From the NCBI GenBank assembly GCA_965652265.1, contig CBFGUT010000001.1, forward strand, positions 1-52,761: a stretch of DNA of 52,761 nucleotides, in the 5' to 3' direction. Positions within the stretch are counted from its first letter, which is position 1; the number at the start of each line of letters is the position of its first letter. The notes beneath the pieces were generated by a model. That model did no database searches. It saw only the letters and a list, made by a program, of their open reading frames with translations, and was not told the origin of the DNA. The DNA is from an uncultured Cellvibrionaceae bacterium (lineage in GTDB: Bacteria > Pseudomonadota > Gammaproteobacteria > Pseudomonadales > Cellvibrionaceae). Below, piece after piece: positions 45,648-52,761 of the stretch. A program made the translations under genes and the position numbers.

Positions 45648-48600
45648 ATGAATAAGATCAGACACTCCACCTTACGACCCCGTCATTTCTCGCGTCTGGC
45701 GCTTGCCATCAGTGTGGCTTCGGCGGCCGCGCCGCTGCTGGCCCAGCAACAGAACACTGGCGACGTCGACGAAACCCGGACACTGGAAGAGGTGATTGTC
45801 ACCGGTACACGCCTGACGGCCCCCACCGGCATGAATACGCCCACGCCGGTCTCGGTATTGAACGAGGAAGACTTCGAGCTGTCGGGCACCCAGAACGTTG
45901 AACAGCTGCTGCTCGACTCCCCCCAGTTTACCGGCAACCAGCTCGAAGGTCCCAACGCCAACACCGTGCAGGCAGGCCAGCCCATTGGGGTTTCCACCCT
46001 GAATCTGCGCAACTTTGGCGCCACGCGCAACCTGGTGCTGGTTAATGGACGGCGCTTTTCCATTACCGGCCCGGGCATGACCACCGACATTAACACCATA
46101 CCCGCCGCCCTGATTGAGCGCACCGAGGTGGTAACCGGCGGTTCTTCCGCGGTCTATGGATCGGACGCCATCACCGGTGTGGTCAACTTTATTATGAAGG
46201 ACGACTTTGAGGGGGTCGCTCTGGACGCACAGAGCTCCTGGGATATGCCCACTGACACGCCGACTTACAATATCGACCTGACCTTCGGGACTAATTTCGA
46301 TGACGACCGCGGCAATATCACTGCTTCGCTGGGCTACCTGGATCGCGGGGGCTTTACCACCAACGAGCGCGGTGGTTTTGTGGCACAGACCTTGAGTGAT
46401 GCCTGTGTCACCACCGAGTCACACAGCAGTGACAGCCCAGGCGTGCCGCTGAATGTGCCCGCCGGTGAAACCTGTAGCAGTGCCGGGGGACGCATGGGCT
46501 TTACCACCGGGGGTTCAGGCGATGTGCCCAACGGCCGGATAGGCAATTTGCCGCTCTACGGCTCGGCACAGTCCGACGCCGAACTGGACGCGGCGCTGGC
46601 CGCCCTGGGATTGCAGGATATGGGTTCTCTGGGGGCTATGTTCGATGCCGAAGGCAATTCGGTGCGACCTTTTATCTCCCCGGATGACCGCTATGACTTC
46701 GCCAACAATGCCTATATCGTCACTCCACAGGAGCGATGGATGGCAAATGTCTTCGCCGACTACGACTTCAATGACGCCATGACCGGCTATGCCGAGATCC
46801 ACTACACCAGCAACCAGAACAAGGTGCAGATTATTCCCTCCAATGTGAACGGCAATTTCCTGGTGGAGACGGATAACCCCTACCTGAGTCCGAACATGCA
46901 AAACCTGTTGCAGCTGTTGGATGAGCGAGAGTCCGGCACCACCACCATTCAGCAGGGTTCGTTGAGCATGAGTACGGAGCCCAACGACGGCCTGGCGGTA
47001 TTAAACTACGGCCGCCGCTTTAGTGATCTGCCCACTCGCCAGGCCAATGCCGATCAACAGGTGTTCCGCACGGCAATCGGTGTGCGCGGCGATCTCGGCG
47101 ATGTCTCGGACGTCTTCCTGCGCGACTTGTCCTACGACGTCTACTACAGTTTTGCCAAAACCACAGAGGTGGATGTGCAGATCGGCTCGGTTTCCCGCAG
47201 CCGCATTCAGAACGCCATGCTGTCGCAAAACGGCGAGCCGCCGCTGCTCAACCTGTTCGGCAATGGCAATATTTCCGAGGCCGCAGCGGAGCAAATCCTG
47301 ATTAGCGCGGTGTCTAAAATCGAGGCCGAGCAAAAAGTCGCCGTGGCCAGCCTGACCGGTGTGGCCTTCGACTTGCCCGCTGGTCCCGTGAATTTTGCCA
47401 TCGGCGCCGAATGGCGTGATGCCTCGGCCAGTTATCTGCCGGACACTTTCCTGGCCTCGGGCGACGTCTCCGGCTGGAACTCGGCCCGCCCCACCAGCGG
47501 AAGCCAGTCGGTCACGGAATTCTTCGGCGAATTGCGCCTGCCAATTTTGTCGGGCATCGCGGGCGCCGAGCGGCTCGACCTGTCGGGTGCGTTCCGCTAT
47601 TCGGATTATGATGTGGGTAGTGAAGAGGGTGTATGGACCTACTCCGGTGGTCTCGAGTGGACACCAGTGGCCGACCTGTCACTGCGTACACAGTTCCAGC
47701 ACGCCATTCGCGCACCCAATATTGGCGAACTGTTCGGCGGTCAGGGATCGGACGGTCCTATTGCCACCGACCCCTGTGGTCCCAACCAACCCGCGGATCA
47801 GCAAACCCAGGCGGTCAGGGATCTCTGTGTGGCTACCGGCGTCCCCGCAGACAATGTGTTTAGCGCCTCGGTACAGCCCTCTCCTTTCCTGCGACAAATT
47901 CGCGGGGGCAACCCGGACCTGAACCCGGAAGAGTCCGATACCACCACCATCGGTATTGTCTATCAACCCAGCCAGATTGACGGTCTGTCACTGTCCATCG
48001 ACTATTTCAATATCGAACTGGATGGTGCCATCGCGCCCCTGGGTGGAGGCGGTCTACAGAACGTTCTCGACCTCTGCTATGACACCCTGCAAGACCCAGA
48101 CAGCGTCTACTGCCAGGCGATCCATCGCGACCCCAATACCGGGGAAATTACCGGCCCGCGTTACGTCTATACCACCAATGCCAATATAGGCGGCATCGAA
48201 ACATCCGGGGTCGACCTACACGCAAACTATGCGTTCGAAACCAACTGGGGATTCTTCGGTGAGGGCAGCCTGTGGAGCCTGAGTACTTCCTGGACCTACA
48301 CGGACGAGTTTACCGTGACACCGGTGCAGGACCTGCCCGACCTCAAGAACCACTGCGTGGGCGCTTGGGGTGGCACCTGCGGTCAGCCTTTACCCGAATG
48401 GAAAAGCTCCACCCGTCTCACCGCCACTTCGGGGCCGGCCACCATTTCCCTGCGGGCACGCTACATGAGCGACCTGCTCACCGATAGAATCGCGGTACCC
48501 GAGGCGCGGGGTGAAGAGGCACCCTCGGCGGACGGCTTCACCAAACCCACCATTGGCTCCTATGTGTACTTTGACCTGACGGGGCAGTATGCCTTTAGCG

Positions 48601-48752
48601 AAGAGACCCAAGTTACACTAGGGGTGCGCAATATTCTGGACAAGGAAGCGCCGGTACTCGGCAGCCTGGAACAGGGCGGCAGGAACACCATCCCCGCCAC
48701 TTACGATATGCAGGGACGTGTGCTGTTTGTCAGACTGCATACGCAGTTTTAA
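45648..48752 (+). CDS. TonB-dependent receptor
   Basis: ATG at 45648 behind AAGGA; signal peptide; EEVIVTGTR; RNLVLVNGRR and SAVYGSDAITGVVNFI; C-terminal Phe. Confidence 0.95.
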   Translation: MNKIRHSTLRPRHFSRLALAISVASAAAPLLAQQQNTGDVDETRTLEEVIVTGTRLTAPTGMNTPTPVSVLNEEDFELSGTQNVEQLLLDSPQFTGNQLEGPNANTVQAGQPIGVSTLNLRNFGATRNLVLVNGRRFSITGPGMTTDINTIPAALIERTEVVTGGSSAVYGSDAITGVVNFIMKDDFEGVALDAQSSWDMPTDTPTYNIDLTFGTNFDDDRGNITASLGYLDRGGFTTNERGGFVAQTLSDACVTTESHSSDSPGVPLNVPAGETCSSAGGRMGFTTGGSGDVPNGRIGNLPLYGSAQSDAELDAALAALGLQDMGSLGAMFDAEGNSVRPFISPDDRYDFANNAYIVTPQERWMANVFADYDFNDAMTGYAEIHYTSNQNKVQIIPSNVNGNFLVETDNPYLSPNMQNLLQLLDERESGTTTIQQGSLSMSTEPNDGLAVLNYGRRFSDLPTRQANADQQVFRTAIGVRGDLGDVSDVFLRDLSYDVYYSFAKTTEVDVQIGSVSRSRIQNAMLSQNGEPPLLNLFGNGNISEAAAEQILISAVSKIEAEQKVAVASLTGVAFDLPAGPVNFAIGAEWRDASASYLPDTFLASGDVSGWNSARPTSGSQSVTEFFGELRLPILSGIAGAERLDLSGAFRYSDYDVGSEEGVWTYSGGLEWTPVADLSLRTQFQHAIRAPNIGELFGGQGSDGPIATDPCGPNQPADQQTQAVRDLCVATGVPADNVFSASVQPSPFLRQIRGGNPDLNPEESDTTTIGIVYQPSQIDGLSLSIDYFNIELDGAIAPLGGGGLQNVLDLCYDTLQDPDSVYCQAIHRDPNTGEITGPRYVYTTNANIGGIETSGVDLHANYAFETNWGFFGEGSLWSLSTSWTYTDEFTVTPVQDLPDLKNHCVGAWGGTCGQPLPEWKSSTRLTATSGPATISLRARYMSDLLTDRIAVPEARGEEAPSADGFTKPTIGSYVYFDLTGQYAFSEETQVTLGVRNILDKEAPVLGSLEQGGRNTIPATYDMQGRVLFVRLHTQF

Positions 48753-48760
48753 TGACAACG

Positions 48761-48790
48761 GGTGGGGTGGTTTATGGCCACTCCACCTTC
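48761..48790 (+). terminator. Terminator after the second TonB receptor gene
   Basis: GGTGGGGTGG...CCACTCCACC followed by T-rich sequence. Confidence 0.55.
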
Positions 48791-48866
48791 TATTCCATCT
48801 TCAATAGCGCACTATTTTTTAATTCGGCAACGCTGTTATTACGTTCGTGCCAACCTTGGTGGATGG

Positions 48867-49250
48867 CTATTTCAACGACCTTGGCAATTCCCCCGACTGC
48901 CATAGCCCCAAACCAAACCCATCCGGGTCCAGAAAGTCGGCACTCCAGCCGCCGGGAGCCTCCGACACCGGCGTAACAATGGTGACGCCCGCCATCGCCA
49001 GCTCGGCGACTATATCGTCAATGCCGCCGTCGGTGACTTCAAACACAATGGCCGGCGTATTGCCGCGCGTGCCCTCCATTTGAAAAAAGATCAATTCGAG
49101 ACCGTTTTCCAGACTGCCCTGAAGCCAAAAGGGCTCCGCCCCCTCCATACGCTCCAGGCCGAGGTTAAAGGTATTGTTATAAAATTGCTCCGTCCGCTGG
49201 ATATCGCTCACGTAGTAAACGACGCTGGCACGCTTGGGTTTAAAGCTCAT
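48867..49250 (-). CDS. VOC (glyoxalase/bleomycin resistance) family protein
   Basis: VSDIQRTEQFY...FGL-like start and ADFLDPDG motif; GAGG RBS. Confidence 0.88.
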   Translation of the reverse strand: MSFKPKRASVVYYVSDIQRTEQFYNNTFNLGLERMEGAEPFWLQGSLENGLELIFFQMEGTRGNTPAIVFEVTDGGIDDIVAELAMAGVTIVTPVSEAPGGWSADFLDPDGFGLGLWQSGELPRSLK

Positions 49251-49280
49251 GGGTGGTTCCTCAGTGATTAACTCACCATA

Positions 49281-49889
49281 TTATTGCCGCCGATGTTCAT
49301 TTTGTGAGTGGCTGACCACAAAAAGATGCCCATCGGGGTCGTGACTGGCCAGGGTTCCGGTCTGAGTGGACAATTTTGACGACAGAGCGCCGCGAAGGCG
49401 ACCATAGTCGAGGCCCGGTTTCAGTCCCGTCAGTTCACTGGGCATAGGCAAACCCGCTGTTGCAATGTGGATTTTTAACGCCCGAATCCGCTGGCGCAGT
49501 GCCATGTCCGATAGTTTCAGCAAATAGGCAATCTCACGCCTGTTATGGCCGGACAGCGCCAGTGCCAGAACAACTTTCAGAGCCGGCGTCAGGCTGTTCA
49601 ACAGCTGGACAAAGTCTTGCGTCCCGTCATCGCAGCCCCCCGTTGGCTCCATCGGCCAGTGGCTTTCTCGATCCCGCCGACGCCTCTCCCCCCGCAAGGC
49701 CATCAGTGCCTTATTACGGACGGTTCCTACCAGCCACTTTCTGGTGTTTTCACAGTCAAAATCGCTAAAGCCCGCGAGATAAGCCGCCAGATAGGCGTCC
49801 TGTACAATGTCTTCCGCCTCGGCACTATTTTCTGTCATGCGGCGGGCAATGGTGCAAAGCTGGGCGTATTGGCTGGAGGGCATCATCAT
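49281..49889 (-). CDS. ECF-type sigma-70 factor with C-terminal extension
   Basis: Region 2 (AEDIVQDAY, WLVGTVRN), region 4 (REIAYLLKLS) and a ~55-aa tail. Confidence 0.85.
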   Translation of the reverse strand: MMMPSSQYAQLCTIARRMTENSAEAEDIVQDAYLAAYLAGFSDFDCENTRKWLVGTVRNKALMALRGERRRRDRESHWPMEPTGGCDDGTQDFVQLLNSLTPALKVVLALALSGHNRREIAYLLKLSDMALRQRIRALKIHIATAGLPMPSELTGLKPGLDYGRLRGALSSKLSTQTGTLASHDPDGHLFVVSHSQNEHRRQ

Positions 49890-49950
49890 GGTCCAATTCG
49901 AGCGATAAAAGCATCACAATGGCTGTGATTATAATTCAAAGCCCCTGGAT

Positions 49951-50910
49951 TCAAACCGCCGCCAGCAACCGTTGAATATGCTCGTTAAGGGCCGCCTTCA
50001 GCTCGTCCGGCGAGAGAATCACAAAGCCAAAGGGAAGCTGTGCCAGCCACCAGGCAAACCAGCCATAGTCGTCAGTGCTGGTGGTCATCAGCACGCCGTT
50101 TTCCTGTTGCTCAAACATGCCCTCCAGGTCGATGGTGCTGTGCGTCACTGTACTCATATAGGTTGTTACGGTGTGAATATCAGTGTGCAGTAAGGCGCTG
50201 ACCCGGTAACGGCGTTCGGCATAATGCATACTTTCTTGTAAATGACGGGCGGCATTAAAATTGACCGGCCGCACAAAGTGTTCTTCTTCCCGCACAATGT
50301 CAGACAGCCGATCCAGCCGAAAGGAGCGCTGCGCCTGGCGCAGGTGACAAAATCCACCCACATACCAATACCCCGCCCGAAACACCAGGCCGTAGGGGTC
50401 GAAGCGGCGCTGCATGCTTTCACCCCGAGGCGAGCGGTAAGTCATACTGACGACCTGGCATGCCTGAGTCGCCTGGGTCAGGTCCAGCAATTGCCGATGG
50501 CCGGAAGACTGACGAGATGGAACAAACTGAATGGTATTACCCATAGCCTGCGCTTGGGCCTTAAGGTGGGCGGGCATCACACGCTCCAACTTTGCCTGCA
50601 CGCTCTCCAGCGCCACATCGTCCTCCAGCAGGTTGTGCTCGCGCACCGCCAATAGCGCCAGCGTAACCACCCGCACTTCCGCCTCGGTAAACATTAACGG
50701 GGGCAGCTTAAATCCCGGCACCAACCTGTAACCGCCATAGCGACCCTGCTCGGTAATAACGGGAATGCCCAAATCCTCCAGCACGGAGATATAGCGCCTG
50801 ACGGTACGCCGGTCGATGCCCAGGCGTTCCGCGATTTCAGCGCCCGAGAGTAGGCCCCGGGCCTGCAGTAACTCCAGCAGTGCCAACACTCGAGTGGTCG
50901 GTCCGGCCAT
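49951..50910 (-). CDS. HTH-WYL transcriptional regulator (YafY/PafB-like)
   Basis: HTH RTVRRYI...GRYGGYRL; WYL domain (DPYGL...YWYVGG, RSFRLDR); C-terminal WCX-like region. Confidence 0.93.
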   Translation of the reverse strand: MAGPTTRVLALLELLQARGLLSGAEIAERLGIDRRTVRRYISVLEDLGIPVITEQGRYGGYRLVPGFKLPPLMFTEAEVRVVTLALLAVREHNLLEDDVALESVQAKLERVMPAHLKAQAQAMGNTIQFVPSRQSSGHRQLLDLTQATQACQVVSMTYRSPRGESMQRRFDPYGLVFRAGYWYVGGFCHLRQAQRSFRLDRLSDIVREEEHFVRPVNFNAARHLQESMHYAERRYRVSALLHTDIHTVTTYMSTVTHSTIDLEGMFEQQENGVLMTTSTDDYGWFAWWLAQLPFGFVILSPDELKAALNEHIQRLLAAV

Positions 50911-50947
50911 GGGCTGGCTCCTTTTCCAAAAAACCCATGATCGCGCA

Positions 50948-50974
50948 TTAATAGGGCAGGTTCTAGCCTATTAA
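50948..50974. promoter_or_regulatory. Putative operator of the WYL regulator
   Basis: TTAATAGG-N11-CCTATTAA between the divergent WYL and GST genes. Confidence 0.6.
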
Positions 50975-51057
50975 CCCAATAAGATAGTTGTCATGGCGCT
51001 GCAGCAGCCTGGAATTGATCTGAATATGACAACGAAGCTGACCAAGGAGTAAACCTT

Positions 51058-51681
51058 ATGAACACGATGACTCTATATACAAACCCCCAATCCCGAGGCC
51101 GTGTTGTGCGCTGGATGCTGGAGGAAATCGGCCAGCCCTATGACGTGAAAGTCATGACTTTTGGCGGCGATATCAAGTCCCCGGAATACCTCCAGCTCAA
51201 CCCTATGGGCAAGGTGCCCGCTCTAATGCACAAGGGCACAATCATTACCGAGGTGGCGGCCATCTGCGCCTATCTGGCCGAGCAATTCCCCCAGGCGAAC
51301 CTGGCACCCCCTGTCGATAGCCCGGAGCGCGGCAGCTATTACCGATGGCTGTTTTTTGTCGTGGGCCCGTTTGAAATGGCTAACAGCGCCAAGGCCTTTG
51401 GCTGGACAATTGATGATAAAACTGCCGTCTCAGCAGGCTGCGGGCACATTCAAGACTCCATCAATACCGTCAAGCAAACACTGGCCAAACAGCCCTACTT
51501 GTGCGGCGACAACTTCAGCGCAGCCGATCTGCTGATGGCGAGCTATATTGGCTGGGAGACGATGATGAAAGTGTTGGAGCCGAATCCGGTGTTTGCGGAA
51601 TACCTCGAACGCTGTTGCAAGAGACCGGCGGCCAAACGCGCCGACGATTTAGACAATGCCTTGATGAAGGCCAGTGCGTAA
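51058..51681 (+). CDS. Glutathione S-transferase family protein
   Basis: SRGRVVRWMLEE, LNPMGKVPAL, EVAAICAYL and FSAAD; AAGGAG RBS. Confidence 0.94.
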   Translation: MNTMTLYTNPQSRGRVVRWMLEEIGQPYDVKVMTFGGDIKSPEYLQLNPMGKVPALMHKGTIITEVAAICAYLAEQFPQANLAPPVDSPERGSYYRWLFFVVGPFEMANSAKAFGWTIDDKTAVSAGCGHIQDSINTVKQTLAKQPYLCGDNFSAADLLMASYIGWETMMKVLEPNPVFAEYLERCCKRPAAKRADDLDNALMKASA

Positions 51682-51800
51682 AAGCTTGGGGTTAGTGGAT
51701 TCTGAGTGACATTGTCGCCATAAACGGTACGCCCCGGGAAAGCTGGGGCGGTACCGGGCTTACCATTCAGCTCTTGCGGCATAAAACGCCCATAGCCACT

Positions 51801-52322
51801 TTAACGACCGGGTTCTGTCCAGAGACCCTCTTTGACGATGTTGCGTATCCTGGCCTTAACAGAGGCCGCTTCGTCTTGCATTGCCATGTCAAAAATTTCT
51901 TTGGTTTCAGCCCGGTATTCGGGGTATTGGCTTGCCAATACACAAAAACCGTTGTAAGACCAGGCCCGCACAAATTTATTTGGATCACACAAAGTGACTC
52001 TCAAGAAATGCTCCAAAGTCTGTTTCTTTTTGGCTTCAATAGTCAAGACCGAAAGAGATTGGAGGATATGGAGTCTTGCCTCCCAATCCTCTAGCTGAAT
52101 AAGACTACTCATAATCTTGGCGCTTTCCCTTTGGGAGAATTCGTGCCTCCTATCAGCGCAAGCTTTTAAAAGCCAGGTAGCACCCTTCTGGCAATCAGGT
52201 ATTTTAATAAGGTGTATCAATGTATCGACAAAGTGTTTATCGCCAGCATGCCGATTGAATATATCAGCAATATAATCAACGGACTTGCCATTCCAGGATT
52301 TTATGGATTTTTCTAAGTTCAC
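51801..52322 (-). CDS. Hypothetical HEAT-repeat-like helical protein
   Basis: Repeats WEARLHILQ, NKFVRAW and ASVKAR resemble HEAT/AlkD-like helices. Confidence 0.7.
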   Translation of the reverse strand: MNLEKSIKSWNGKSVDYIADIFNRHAGDKHFVDTLIHLIKIPDCQKGATWLLKACADRRHEFSQRESAKIMSSLIQLEDWEARLHILQSLSVLTIEAKKKQTLEHFLRVTLCDPNKFVRAWSYNGFCVLASQYPEYRAETKEIFDMAMQDEAASVKARIRNIVKEGLWTEPGR

Positions 52323-52355
52323 AGGTGGTTCTACTTGACCAGTGCTAATTGTTAA

Positions 52356-52761
52356 CTAATCTGCGGCTTTTGGAGCACCAAAAGCCTTGCTATAAAAACC
52401 CGATGGATCGAAGCAGCAAACCCTTTTCTTTCCCGAGCCAAGCATGTCACAGGCATCGGTAATTCGCTTTATACGTGTCTTTTCCTGCTTGGCCGTGGTA
52501 ATCCAGTGAATCCAGTCAAGGCGAGCAATAGTCGTAGTGCTCTCCCAGGTGGCCAGCGCCTCTGGAGATTCCCGCAGCGCCTGAGCCAGATCAGCAGGCA
52601 CTGCCGGTTCAGGTTCCTGTTCCACAGCTTCAATGCTAAATTCCACCCTATCGCCAAAACTTACGTCCGAGTCCTTCATCAGTTTCTCGTCGACTTTCAA
52701 CCAATGGCTTTTCTGGCCATCGGGCTCAAGCAAGGCTCTGTAACTTTTGCCGTTGATACTG
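52356..52761 (-). CDS. YdeI/OmpD-associated (DUF1905 + OmdA) family protein, 5'-truncated by the window edge
   Basis: EPDGQKSHW, VPADLAQAL and WITTAKQEKTRIKR; the frame is open to the window end. Confidence 0.85.
   Translation of the reverse strand, partial: SINGKSYRALLEPDGQKSHWLKVDEKLMKDSDVSFGDRVEFSIEAVEQEPEPAVPADLAQALRESPEALATWESTTTIARLDWIHWITTAKQEKTRIKRITDACDMLGSGKKRVCCFDPSGFYSKAFGAPKAAD

Overview
Prophage-free accessory/metabolic stretch of a bacterial chromosome. Gene content and codon style suggest a marine or saline, polysaccharide-degrading gammaproteobacterium (Cellvibrionales/Alteromonadales-like; this is inference). Left third: a doubly disrupted DJ-1/PfpI pseudogene, a large S8 protease lipoprotein behind a PDZ-type sensor kinase/NarL-family pair, a LytS/LytTR pair with a CPBP protease and a serine hydrolase, and an AcrR-controlled AcrAB-type pump coupled to an esterase. 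Middle: several small AT-richer genes and acnA. Then a ~22 kb carbohydrate locus: TonB receptor plus flavin-dependent halogenase, DeoR regulator, L-rhamnose isomerase, aldolase-dehydrogenase and kinase, an NCS1-family permease, GH31, GH10, an uncharacterised six-hairpin glycosidase and a second TonB receptor. Right end: WYL regulator, ECF sigma factor, VOC protein, GST, HEAT-like protein and a truncated YdeI-like gene. The most notable unannotated signals are a candidate ~92-nt sRNA at 39288-39379 with its own sigma70 promoter and terminator, the NCS1 permease and six-hairpin glycosidase as candidate new rhamnose-pathway components, an ECF sigma factor with a glyoxalase-like C-terminal tail, and an orphan near-perfect Fur box. 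No rRNA, tRNA, CRISPR array, transposase or integrase was seen. All family calls come from motif recognition, not database searches.
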